32,000 bases of DNA, taken from NCBI RefSeq assembly GCF_000619845.1, contig NZ_KK211037.1:230027-262026 (forward strand), read 5' to 3'. This document shows, piece by piece, positions 10,474 through 19,207 of the stretch (positions within the stretch are counted from its first letter, which is position 1; each line of letters opens with the position of its first letter). The position numbers were made by a program, and so were the translations under genes. This stretch comes from Alkanindiges illinoisensis DSM 15370. GTDB taxonomy: Bacteria; Pseudomonadota; Gammaproteobacteria; Pseudomonadales; Moraxellaceae. The notes beneath the pieces were generated by a model. The model saw only the letters and a list, made by a program, of their open reading frames with translations. It was not told the origin of the DNA and ran no database searches.

Positions 10474-11976
10474 TTGATGACACAGATGGCTCAACATTTT
10501 GATATATTGATTATTGGTGCAGGTATTTCAGGGATTGGTAGCGCCGTACACTTGAAACTCAAGGCACCACAGAAAAAATTTGCGATTCTGGAGCGTCGTG
10601 AAAGTATCGGTGGAACCTGGGATTTGTTCCGTTATCCGGGAATTCGTTCGGATTCTGACATGTCCACTTTTGGTTTTGAGTTTAAGCCGTGGACTCAATC
10701 CAAAGTACTGGCTGATGGCACTTCAATCCGCAATTATGTGAATGAAACTGCCAAAGAATATAATATTTTTGAGCATATTCATTTCCAGCGTCAGGTGAAA
10801 ACAGCCAACTGGTCTTCAGCCAAAAAAATGTGGGAACTTGAAGTACTGAATGTTGCTAATAATACGACTGAACAGTGGACTGCGGACTTCCTGCTGGGCT
10901 GTACCGGTTATTATAATTATGACCAAGGTTTTAAACCGGCTTACCCAGATGAAGACAAGTTTAAGGGCACTGTAATTCAGCCGCAACACTGGCCTGAGAA
11001 TCTGGATTATAGCGGCAAGAAAGTGGTGATTATTGGTAGTGGTGCTACTGCTATTACACTGGTGCCTTCGATGGCAGACAAGGCTGCGCATGTCACCATG
11101 CTCCAGCGCTCGCCAACCTATATTGCGACAGTTCCTGCTATTGATGCCCTGTACGACAAGATGAAGAAATTCATGCCGGAAAAAGTGGCGTATCAGTTGA
11201 CCCGTAGCCGTAATATTGGGGTGCAACGTCTGGTGTTTAAACTGTCACAGGAAAAACCGGAACTGGTGAAAAAATTCCTGTTAAAGGCAGTTAAACTTCA
11301 GGTCGGCAAGCATGTGGACATGAAGCATTTTACCCCGAATTACAATCCCTGGGATCAGCGCCTGTGTGTGGTGCCGGATGGTGACTTGTTTAAAACCATT
11401 AAACGCGGTAAAGCTTCGGTTGAAACCGACCAGATTGAACGCTTTACTGAAAACGGGATATTGCTGAAATCTGGCAAACAGCTGGATGCCGATATTATTG
11501 TGTCTGCCACTGGGCTGAATATCCAGATTCTGGGTGGCCTGCAGGCTAGCATTGATGGCCAGCCAGTGAATACTTCCAATCACATGCTGTACAAAGGTGT
11601 ATTGCTGAGTAATATCCCGAATGCTGCCATTATTATTGGCTATACCAATGCATCCTGGACGCTTAAAGTGGACGTGGCTGCTGATTATCTGGCACGTTTG
11701 TTTAACTATATGGACAAGAAGCACTATAAGGTTGTGTTGGCCAAGGCAGATGCCAGTGAGTTAACCGATGATACGGTGATGGGTAGTCTGGCCTCAGGAT
11801 ATATCAAGCGTGCCGAGCATGTGATGCCACGTCAGGGCAAAAGTGAACCATGGCGTGTTTCCATGAATTATCTAAAAGATAAGGCTGAGCTACGCAGCAG
11901 TAGCTTTGAAGATGATATACTGACCTTTGATGGTGGCAAGGCCAACAACAAAAAGCGCTTTAAGCTGTTTGGTTAA
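10474..11976 (+). CDS. almA: AlmA-type flavin-binding (Baeyer-Villiger/EthA-like) monooxygenase
   Basis: About 497-500 aa. It has an N-terminal FAD Rossmann motif IIGAGISGIG, then ERRESIGGTWDLFRYPGIRSDSD, and a second dinucleotide motif VVIIGSGATAITL. The length and motifs match the EthA/AlmA class implicated in long-chain alkane oxidation in Acinetobacter. The start is TTG 10474, ATG 10477 or ATG 10486. Confidence 0.8.
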   Translation: MMTQMAQHFDILIIGAGISGIGSAVHLKLKAPQKKFAILERRESIGGTWDLFRYPGIRSDSDMSTFGFEFKPWTQSKVLADGTSIRNYVNETAKEYNIFEHIHFQRQVKTANWSSAKKMWELEVLNVANNTTEQWTADFLLGCTGYYNYDQGFKPAYPDEDKFKGTVIQPQHWPENLDYSGKKVVIIGSGATAITLVPSMADKAAHVTMLQRSPTYIATVPAIDALYDKMKKFMPEKVAYQLTRSRNIGVQRLVFKLSQEKPELVKKFLLKAVKLQVGKHVDMKHFTPNYNPWDQRLCVVPDGDLFKTIKRGKASVETDQIERFTENGILLKSGKQLDADIIVSATGLNIQILGGLQASIDGQPVNTSNHMLYKGVLLSNIPNAAIIIGYTNASWTLKVDVAADYLARLFNYMDKKHYKVVLAKADASELTDDTVMGSLASGYIKRAEHVMPRQGKSEPWRVSMNYLKDKAELRSSSFEDDILTFDGGKANNKKRFKLFG

Positions 11977-11994
11977 GCCCTGTTTTAAATCTAA

Positions 11995-12024
11995 ATAAAA
12001 AAGTGCCTTATGGCACTTTTTTGT
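11995..12024. terminator. Bidirectional rho-independent terminator between convergent genes
   Basis: Reads aaaaaagtgcc-ttat-ggcactttttt. The A run on the left and T run on the right allow termination in both directions. Confidence 0.8.
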
Positions 12025-12742
12025 TGGTTGGAAATTTACGTCTAACTACGTCTATAAGTTGTGTTTTTGCATTGCTTTTTAATAATGTGCCATGTGCTGC
12101 AATGAGCGCATCAAAATCTAATTGAAGCAGGTTTTCAAAATCTGTTTGTAGACTTTTACCTTTTGGCGTGACCCGTTTTAACCAGGGGCCACCAATAAAA
12201 AGGCCAAGCCGAAAACCCATAATGAATAAAATGATTTTGGTGGCAAAGCTCATGTACTTCCAGTTAGTCCAGTACTGAATGCTATCGGTTGTAATGAGTA
12301 ATTTGGCAGACCTGATGAATAATGCGGCTTCAGGATATTGCGCAGTATTAAAAATAAAAAATTCTGCATCGTTAATAGGCGGTTTTGTAGAGGAGCTAAC
12401 GAAGCTATCAGGAACCAGTTCTTTATAGGTTGCGTGATTTGGTTGGCTCCAGAAATGCGCCTGATAGATATCAATATAAAACTGGTCATCCAGACCATGA
12501 AAATCGCCTAAACGAATAACATGCCGAACATGGCCTAACTGATTTAGCCGGTTTAATTCCTTCTCATTCATCCGCATAGCATTAATTAAAATTAAATCAT
12601 TTTGCTATTTAACAATGACCATGTTGCGGTTCATGCTTAAACCCAATGCTATTTTAATACTGCCTTGTAATAGGTAAATATCAGGAAAAATTTCTATAAA
12701 TGAATCATGCGGGTAAGCGGGGGCATAAGCAGTTTTAATCAT
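12008..12742 (-). pseudogene. Amber-interrupted gene for a roughly 244-aa protein of uncertain family (possibly MBL-fold/DUF4336-like)
   Basis: On the minus strand, ATG at 12742 (AGGTGA 4 nt upstream) opens MIKTAYAPAYPHDSFIEIFPDIYLLQGSIKIALGLSMNRNMVIVK. An in-frame TAG follows at 12607-12605. The same frame then continues QNDLILINAMRMNEKE... into the 189-aa track ORF 12008-12577. Confidence 0.7.
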
Positions 12743-12870
12743 GATGTCACCTATAAAATTTGTTATCAGTTTTGGGCCTTATTTTTCTTATATGCTTTAA
12801 GTTGCTTGCAGGCATTGGCTACTCAAGCATTTCTGTTCAGCTTAAAAAGTCAGTGCTGAAAGCCGTAGCA

Positions 12871-12902
12871 ATAAAAAAGGCTATGCTGTTGCCAGAATAG
12901 CC
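12871..12902 (-). terminator. Rho-independent terminator downstream of the acyl-CoA dehydrogenase gene
   Basis: Stem ggctat (12879-12884) pairs with atagcc (12897-12902). On the minus strand the hairpin is followed by TTTTTT (plus-strand a-run at 12873-12878). Confidence 0.65.
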
Positions 12903-12932
12903 CTGATTAAAAAGAGAATTAAAGCAGAAAGA

Positions 12933-14108
12933 TTACAGGGTACGTGAAATCAGCTCTTTCATGATTTCATTAGTGCCCGCATAAATACGGTGCGCACGAT
13001 TGTCCACATAAGCGCGGGCAACCGGATATTCCATCATGAAGCCATAACCGCCATGCAACTGCACGCATTCATCCACAATCTGGTTCACCATGTCAGATAA
13101 CCAGTATTTGGCAGCCGCAGCAGCTTCAACGCTTAATGCATTTTGCACCTGTAGTTCCATGCAGCGATCGGCGTAGGTACGGCCAATATCAATTTTGGTA
13201 CGCAGCTCAGCCAGCTTGAAGCGGGTGTTCTGGAATGCGCCAATCGGCTTGCCAAACGCTTTGCGATCCTTGGTGTACTGCACGGTATGGGCAAATACGG
13301 CTTCTGCTGCGGCTTGTGACATCAGACCCACCATCAGGCGTTCCCAAGCCAGTTCTTTCATCAGCATGATAAAGCCCATGCCTTCCATGCCCAGCAGGTT
13401 GGTTTTTGGCACCCGTACATTATCAAAAAACAGCTCGCAGGTATCCTGACCATGCATACCGACTTTTTTTAGCGGCTTGCCTTTGGTGAAGCCGGGTGCC
13501 TTGGCATCCATAATCAGCAGGGAAATGTTTTGTGCGCCTTTTTCGCTATTGCCGGTTTTTACGGCAACCACAGCCATGTCACACAGGTAGCCATTGGTAA
13601 TAAAAATCTTGGAGCCATTTACAATATAGTCATCGCCATCAGCAACGGCTGTTGTGCGAATACCTTGCAGGTCAGAACCTGTACCCGGCTCGGTCATGGC
13701 AATCGCACCAACCACTTCACCAGTGGCCATTTTAGGCAACCAGGTGGATTTCTGGTCTTCATTGCCAAAGTTTAAAATATAGTTGGCCACAATATCAGAG
13801 TGCAGGGCAAAGCCAGAGGCTGAATCCAGCGCATAGGCCTGTTCTTCCATCAGAATGGCGCTGTACAGGCGGTCTACGCCACTGCCGCCATATTGTTCCG
13901 GCATCGTGGCGCACAGCAGGCCCAGCTCACCGGCCTTGTTCCAAAGCCCACGATCCAGATGCTGCTGCTCGGCCCATTTTTCATGGTAAGGGGCAATTTC
14001 AGTTTCAAAAAAACGGCGTGCGGTATCGCGGAAGGCTTCGTGCTCTTCGTTATAAATGGTACGTGGTGCCATTGGTGGCAAAGGACGGAGTAGGTTGGCT
14101 GCGCTCAT
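12933..14108 (-). CDS. Acyl-CoA dehydrogenase
   Basis: 391-aa ORF with ACAD hallmarks (GAIAMTEPGTGSDL, KIFITNG, and a C-terminal QLHGGYGFMMEYPVARAYVDNR...YAGTNEIM). Confidence 0.93.
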   Translation of the reverse strand: MSAANLLRPLPPMAPRTIYNEEHEAFRDTARRFFETEIAPYHEKWAEQQHLDRGLWNKAGELGLLCATMPEQYGGSGVDRLYSAILMEEQAYALDSASGFALHSDIVANYILNFGNEDQKSTWLPKMATGEVVGAIAMTEPGTGSDLQGIRTTAVADGDDYIVNGSKIFITNGYLCDMAVVAVKTGNSEKGAQNISLLIMDAKAPGFTKGKPLKKVGMHGQDTCELFFDNVRVPKTNLLGMEGMGFIMLMKELAWERLMVGLMSQAAAEAVFAHTVQYTKDRKAFGKPIGAFQNTRFKLAELRTKIDIGRTYADRCMELQVQNALSVEAAAAAKYWLSDMVNQIVDECVQLHGGYGFMMEYPVARAYVDNRAHRIYAGTNEIMKELISRTL

Positions 14109-14320
14109 GGGATTCCTTGCAAATAATCAGTGGGGTCAGCAAAAATGCTAATAAAACCTGGCACACAGTAAAGAAGATTATGGCCGGAGCAACAATGGGT
14201 TTTATTGCCAAAAACTGAGTAGTATCTACTGTTTTTGCCAATTTTCTGTCAAAGGCAGGACGGTGGATAAACCAGCAGCATGCTACACTACACCACGATT
14301 TTGATTGGCTGGAGTAAGGC

Positions 14321-14575
14321 ATGAGTGATGACATCAGTTTGCATGACCGCAAGGTGATTTACCGTGCGCGTCGTGGCTTAAAAGAGCTGGATATTTATTT
14401 TGACCCTTATGTACGCCAGCATTACCTAACGGCACCTGAGGCTGAAAAACAGGCCTTTGCCTTACTGATTGAACAGGAAGACCCGGATTTGCTGGATTGG
14501 TTTATGGCAGTGAGTGAGCCAGAACAACCAGAGCTGGTTGAGATGATTGCAAAACTGAAAAATCTGCTGCATTAA
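14321..14575 (+). CDS. sdhE: FAD assembly factor SdhE (YgfY/CptB family)
   Basis: 84-aa ORF with the RGxxE motif (RARRGLKELD) and the ...EDPDLLDWFM pattern shared with E. coli SdhE. Confidence 0.9.
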   Translation: MSDDISLHDRKVIYRARRGLKELDIYFDPYVRQHYLTAPEAEKQAFALLIEQEDPDLLDWFMAVSEPEQPELVEMIAKLKNLLH

Positions 14576-14590
14576 TTCAATAAGCCGCCA

Positions 14591-15016
14591 TTGTCCATGC
14601 TGGTTGATGTGACGCTACGCCCAAGCCGTATGCAGCAGGTGATTCACTGGCTGACACTGGCCCTGCTGGCTGGATTAATCTGGACCAGTGGCTTGGCATG
14701 GCCGCTAGCGATAGTGCTGATTGGCATACTGCTGGGCCTGCATCTGGGCTGGCCCAAGCTGGTGGCAACGCGTTGTATTACAATGCTATGGCAGGGCGAT
14801 AGCCAGAGCTGGTACTGGCAATACAGTCAGGGCAGGCGATACAGCGGTCAGTTGCTTCAAATTCGCTATTTAGGCCCTGTAATCCATCTGACCTTAACCA
14901 CTACCCATCAACCGCCTCTCTATGTTGCTATCTGGCGCGATCAGGTTGATGAAACACAATGGCGGCGTTTAAGGGTGCTGCATGGATTAAATGATTCACA
15001 ACAAAACGGGTTTTAA
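14591..15016 (+). CDS. YgfX/CptA-like inner-membrane protein
   Basis: About 140 aa, directly downstream of sdhE as in E. coli ygfY-ygfX. It has two N-terminal hydrophobic helices and a C-terminal ...WRDQVDETQWRRLRVL resembling YgfX. The start is TTG 14591 or ATG 14597. Confidence 0.75.
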   Translation: MSMLVDVTLRPSRMQQVIHWLTLALLAGLIWTSGLAWPLAIVLIGILLGLHLGWPKLVATRCITMLWQGDSQSWYWQYSQGRRYSGQLLQIRYLGPVIHLTLTTTHQPPLYVAIWRDQVDETQWRRLRVLHGLNDSQQNGF

Positions 15017-15210
15017 ACCTGTCCATAACCTGCATTTCATTACAGCATTACATCAAAATATCAATGCTTTAGCGTTGCTCATCTTTATATAGTGAAAATA
15101 ACAACTACCCTTTTGAAGCATTGTACTGCGCCATGATTTTAACAATGGCGATTTAACAGCAAAACATAGAACAGCCTGGGTAGAAACATTTAAGAAGTAA
15201 GGAGCCAGCA

Positions 15211-15819
15211 ATGACAACATTAACAGCCATGATAGACGCATTAATCCAGCAGGCCAGTGGCCAGCATTCAGCATTGGCCGATGCAGGCTTTAAGGACCCA
15301 ATGCATGGACAGGTGCTGGGTTTGGGAACCAAGCATGATCCTGTGACCCATACTGATCCTGCCCATATTGACCGTACAGTGGTGAATCAGGTCATTGATT
15401 CAGCGCTTGGAGGGCTGGCAGGCGGTAACATGCATGAGCATGCGTTTGCACAGCCTGAGCGACAGGCTTCCTTTATGCTCAAGCTGATTCCACTGGTATT
15501 ACACTGGATTAAGCAGCAGGGTGGCTTGAATCCGGCCTTGCAGGTGTTACGACAAAAAGGGCTAGAATCCCAGGTTGCGTCATGGGTGGGGCCGGGAATT
15601 AATGATCGCATTACACCCGATATGCTTGATGGCCTGTTTGCCTCCGACAGCATTGAGCAGGTGACACAGCAGTTTGGTATTAGCACTGCGACAGCGCACA
15701 CTGGCCTTGCGGTTGTGTTGCCACAGGTAATTGATATTCTCACCAGTTCCCGCAATGATGATTTATCCCATGCTGATATAGAAACCAATAACGTGCTGAC
15801 CCGGCTTAGCCATTTGTAA
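15211..15819 (+). CDS. YidB family protein (DUF937) with an N-terminal extension
   Basis: 202 aa with AAGGAG 6 nt upstream. The C-terminal 120 aa follow the YidB pattern (W.K.QGGL...L...GL...V.SWVG.G.N..I.......LG......Q.....G.S...A...LA..LPQVID.LT). Confidence 0.8.
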   Translation: MTTLTAMIDALIQQASGQHSALADAGFKDPMHGQVLGLGTKHDPVTHTDPAHIDRTVVNQVIDSALGGLAGGNMHEHAFAQPERQASFMLKLIPLVLHWIKQQGGLNPALQVLRQKGLESQVASWVGPGINDRITPDMLDGLFASDSIEQVTQQFGISTATAHTGLAVVLPQVIDILTSSRNDDLSHADIETNNVLTRLSHL

Positions 15820-15854
15820 ATAGTGTAAAAACACTTAAAAACCACTGATTGATT

Positions 15855-15880
15855 GCCTGCGCTTGCAGGCTTTTCTTATT
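15855..15880 (+). terminator. Rho-independent terminator after the yidB-like gene
   Basis: Reads gcctgc-gctt-gcaggc followed by ttttcttatt. Confidence 0.7.
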
Positions 15881-16019
15881 ATAGACAGTGGGTTACATAC
15901 TGTTACGTTACAGGCTTCTAAACTGTCGGGCAGGTTTTGCATGGTAAAAAAAATGAAATAATTTGAAAAGAATTTTAAAAATAAATACTTAAGTAAATAT
16001 TGCTAAAAATTTTAAAAAA

Positions 16020-16071
16020 TTGTCTGACAATCTTTCCGGATTATTGTTATGGATCAGCACTTGTCCGACAA
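16020..16071 (+). promoter_or_regulatory. Two copies of an 11-bp palindrome, TTGTCtGACAA (16020-16030) and TTGTCcGACAA (16061-16071), 41 bp apart
   Basis: Read directly. Both copies are extended by the shared flank ...TCT. They sit in an A/T-rich region about 100-150 nt upstream of the 60-aa membrane peptide gene. The operator role is inferred. Confidence 0.45.
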
Positions 16072-16168
16072 TCTATGCTCAAAAACTTCAAAAAATGCGT
16101 ACATTTAGGCCATGAGTAACGTGGCTGTGACTCATATTACATTTATATTTCAAATAGAGGTAAAGATC

Positions 16169-16351
16169 ATGATGACAGTTCCTGCTATTTTATATCCCGT
16201 GATTGCGTTCTTGTTTGCTGTAGTTGTTGGTCGTATTGGTACCATCATTATGGATCATTTCCGTAAGGATGAAATGCAGCTTAATTCAACGTCTGCCAGC
16301 ATGAAGCCAAAATCAGCTCATGCGGGTATGACGGTTGCAAAACATGGCTAA
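16169..16351 (+). CDS. Small (60-aa) single-pass membrane protein, unknown function
   Basis: ATG 16169 is preceded by AGAGGT. One hydrophobic helix (VPAILYPVIAFLFAVVVGRIGTIIM) is present, and a strong terminator follows. The track ORF start at 16112 lacks an RBS. Confidence 0.55.
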   Translation: MMTVPAILYPVIAFLFAVVVGRIGTIIMDHFRKDEMQLNSTSASMKPKSAHAGMTVAKHG

Positions 16352-16371
16352 ACATTCAATAACCCTCAAGA

Positions 16372-16406
16372 AGCCTTGTATACACTAAGTGGTACAAGGC
16401 TTTTTT
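16372..16406 (+). terminator. Rho-independent terminator
   Basis: A 9-bp stem, agccttgta (16372-16380) with tacaaggct (16393-16401), is followed by tttttt. Confidence 0.85.
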
Positions 16407-16732
16407 GTGGCCCGGTTTTTTGATGATCAGGCTTTTCGATCTGCAGTATTTATCATCCATTGATAACAGCAATAAGCATTAAGTCGGTCATTTCAATAAT
16501 TATACTGACTTACCCATACATCATTCTGAATAAAACAATTTTCTCTTAACAAATTACCTCTTAATTAAGCCAGTTAAGCACGCTAGGTTAATGCTTTGCC
16601 CTAAAGCATTTATCGAAAGTCAGCGGGGTAACCTGCACATGCATTTTTGTGATGCTGATTCATGAGTAAAAACCAGCATGGCAATCTTCAAGAATGCCCA
16701 TAGCGAACGAACAGCAAAATTAGGAGCTAACG

Positions 16733-17872
16733 ATGTCAATTTCTGATACTGACCAGTATGCCAACCTTAAACAGCCCGGCACCGTGATGCCCACGCAGGG
16801 TTATCAGCATGGTACGGCACAAATACCGCGCAATAATACAAGCAAGAACAGCACTGCAAATAGCTCAGCCAGTACACGCTGCCGCCCTATTACCCGCCTG
16901 GGGCTAGGCGGTGTAGCGATTGGCAATGGATTTACCCCAACCTCTGATGCAGCAGCCCAGCATACCTTACAGGCTGCCATTGATGCTGGTATCCGCTATT
17001 TTGATACCTCACCGTGGTATGGACTGGGCTTAAGCGAGCGGCGCTTTGGCCATGCCCTGCATACCTTAAGGCCTGAGCATTACACGCTATCAACTAAGGT
17101 TGGGCGCATCCTAACGGCAACCCATCAGATTCCAGACACCATGTGGACTGATCCGGCACCATTTGACTATCGCTATGATTATTCGGCAGAGGGCGTCAGG
17201 CGTTCCATTGAGGACAGCTTGCAGCGTTTGGGCGTTTCGCAAATTGATATTGTGTATATCCATGACCTGTCGCCAGACAATGAAAAAGACCTGGGCATGC
17301 CGTGGGAACAGCGTTTTGAAGAAGCGGTGAAAGGGGCAATGCCTGAGCTAACCCGCATGCGTGAGGAAGGCATTATCAAGGCATGGGGTTTTGGGGTGAA
17401 TAGCCCTGAACCCGTACTAAAAGCGCTGGAAGTCGCAGACCCGGATATCTTTTTGCTGGCCTGCCAGTATTCCTTACTGGATCACAGTCGGGCACTGCAT
17501 GAAACCCTTCCAAAAATTGCTGAGAAGGGCGCTTCTGCGGTGATTGGTTCACCGTTGCTGGCAGGCTATCTGGGCGGGCGTGAGCGCTATTTGTATGACG
17601 GCACCATTCCTGAGTGGGCACCAGACAAACGCGCACGGGTACAGCGCGTGCTGGATGAATACGGGATTGATTTACGCACAGCGTCATTGCAATTTGCCGA
17701 AGCTCATCCCGCAGTGGCTGCCATTATTCCGGGCGCACGTACTGCCGCGCAGGTGGAAGCCAATGTACAGTCATTGGGGGTTGAAATCCCGCAAAGCTTT
17801 TGGGATGAACTGAAGTCTGAAAAGCTGATTGAGATTGATGCGCCTGTACCACAATCCCGTCAAGGTAATTGA
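16733..17872 (+). CDS. Aldo/keto reductase with an N-terminal low-complexity extension of about 50 aa
   Basis: 379 aa with AGGAG 6 nt upstream of ATG 16733. The AKR core starts near RLGLGGVAIGNGF...IRYFDTSPWYGLGLSERRFG. The preceding roughly 50 aa are N/S/T/Q-rich. Confidence 0.85.
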   Translation: MSISDTDQYANLKQPGTVMPTQGYQHGTAQIPRNNTSKNSTANSSASTRCRPITRLGLGGVAIGNGFTPTSDAAAQHTLQAAIDAGIRYFDTSPWYGLGLSERRFGHALHTLRPEHYTLSTKVGRILTATHQIPDTMWTDPAPFDYRYDYSAEGVRRSIEDSLQRLGVSQIDIVYIHDLSPDNEKDLGMPWEQRFEEAVKGAMPELTRMREEGIIKAWGFGVNSPEPVLKALEVADPDIFLLACQYSLLDHSRALHETLPKIAEKGASAVIGSPLLAGYLGGRERYLYDGTIPEWAPDKRARVQRVLDEYGIDLRTASLQFAEAHPAVAAIIPGARTAAQVEANVQSLGVEIPQSFWDELKSEKLIEIDAPVPQSRQGN

Positions 17873-17907
17873 TCGGCACATAATTTGCGATCCACTGGCA
17901 TTAAGTT

Positions 17908-17940
17908 AGAGAGGGGCAATATTGTCCCTCTTTATTTTCT
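17908..17940 (+). terminator. Rho-independent terminator after the AKR gene
   Basis: Stem agaggg (17910-17915) pairs with ccctct (17926-17931) and is followed by ttattttct. Confidence 0.7.
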
Positions 17941-17956
17941 TGGGCTGATTTATAGG

Positions 17957-18259
17957 TTAAGCCGCTTTAGCCATCTGATGCTGCTGGCAAGCCTGCCAAA
18001 AGTAGCGGGCAATGCCTTTGTGCGGCCTGCCATTTAAATCATGGGCAATTTCTGCCACGCTAATGATTGAATAGCCTTCATTACGCAAGGCCTTAATGCG
18101 TGCAGCAAGGTGGCAGACATTAAGCAATTTATCGGCTTCAAAGCGATTTAAACCTATGGCTGGATTGTGCTGTAAATGTTCAAGCACACGCTGTTTTTGC
18201 GCATCTTGAGTCAGGTTGGATAAAGATGAAGTGTTTGAAAATTTAAGAAGAGGTTGCAT
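17957..18259 (-). CDS. Small winged-helix/HTH DNA-binding protein (HTH_39-like)
   Basis: 100 aa. ...NRFEADKLLNVCHLAARIKALRNEGYSIIS... matches, from memory, the pattern of small HTH proteins (x-RL-ARI-x-LR-x-G-x-I) common in phage and island contexts. GGAG lies about 10 nt upstream. Confidence 0.6.
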   Translation of the reverse strand: MQPLLKFSNTSSLSNLTQDAQKQRVLEHLQHNPAIGLNRFEADKLLNVCHLAARIKALRNEGYSIISVAEIAHDLNGRPHKGIARYFWQACQQHQMAKAA

Positions 18260-18360
18260 TGCTATAGCTCCGTTTTGAGATAGCTATAGTTTCTTATTAT
18301 TCATTTTTTATGTAAAACATAGTCCTAGCACAGCGTACAATATGCTAGCAGATTGTAATA

Positions 18361-19005
18361 TTATAATGGATTTTTAGGCTTATGTTTCTCATAAGTACTA
18401 ATCCATGATGCTACTGTGCGAGGACTTAAAGATTCATCTTGTTGTTGAATACAAAAATAATTTGCACATTCTGTATAGCTTCTCCAGCCTTTCCCTGTTT
18501 TAGGATTAAGAGATTTCCATAAATTTAAAGCACTAGTTCTAGTAGGTGCCTCTTTCATTTTTTGTTTTTCATGCTTGGCTCTGGCTAAGTCTGCTGCTCT
18601 AAAATGGTCATTACGCTCCCATATTCCTTGAGATATTTGACCAAGAAAATTCTGGAGCCAACCATAAGCAATAATAGCCCTTTTATATTGAGAGAGTTTA
18701 ATAGCATCAAACATTATAAATCTGAAATAGAAGATTTTATTTAACTGATACATAATATTTTTTTCAGATGGCTTAAAAAGTACTTCTAAGTTCTTATCTA
18801 TACTGTGAAAGTAAGTTAATCTTTCATGTTGTGTAACTTGATTCCAATTTTTGACTTTTATTTCTAAACTAACAAAGTAATCATGAGGTAGCTTATTAGA
18901 ATGTTTTTTTAAAATTTTATGGGTAATAAATTTAATAGACTTTTCAGCATTATCAAATTGTTCTATAAGTATTTTGTCTATTGCATCTTCCACAATTATC
19001 TCCAA
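18361..19005 (-). CDS. Hypothetical protein, 214 aa, very low G+C; possible C-terminal HTH
   Basis: A long uninterrupted ORF in AT-rich DNA, where stop codons are frequent by chance. I recognise no family. The C-terminal ...SYTECANYFCIQQQDESLSPRTVASWISTYEK resembles an HTH recognition helix. Confidence 0.55.
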   Translation of the reverse strand: MEIIVEDAIDKILIEQFDNAEKSIKFITHKILKKHSNKLPHDYFVSLEIKVKNWNQVTQHERLTYFHSIDKNLEVLFKPSEKNIMYQLNKIFYFRFIMFDAIKLSQYKRAIIAYGWLQNFLGQISQGIWERNDHFRAADLARAKHEKQKMKEAPTRTSALNLWKSLNPKTGKGWRSYTECANYFCIQQQDESLSPRTVASWISTYEKHKPKNPL

Positions 19006-19174
19006 GATTTTCTTAAATACATCGCTAAAGTAAATAAATGTTCAAAGTAGCTCATTTATAGTTTAAGTACCCAAGATTTGGTAAATTAAATATAATGTAT
19101 TTTTTTGTAGAGAAATAAAATATTTAGCAAGAATAACTTAACTGAATTAGACTTTATCGTTTTATCATCAGCCA

Positions 19175-19207
19175 TAAAAAAAGGCTTAAACCGTGAAGTT
19201 TAAGCCT
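19175..19207 (-). terminator. Rho-independent terminator of tRNA-Lys
   Basis: A 9-bp stem, aggcttaaa (19182-19190) with tttaagcct (19199-19207). On the minus strand it is followed by a T run (plus-strand a-run at 19175-19181). Confidence 0.8.

Noticed and set aside
14321-15016. sdhE / ygfX-like pair as a novel toxin-antitoxin system
   Set aside because: This is the known ygfY-ygfX (cptB-cptA) arrangement. SdhE is an established FAD assembly factor, so the pair is not novel.
15387-15845. 152-aa minus-strand ORF, and the 73-aa ORF at 15053-15274
   Set aside because: They are antisense to or overlap the yidB-like gene, which has a strong RBS and family pattern. There is no independent support.
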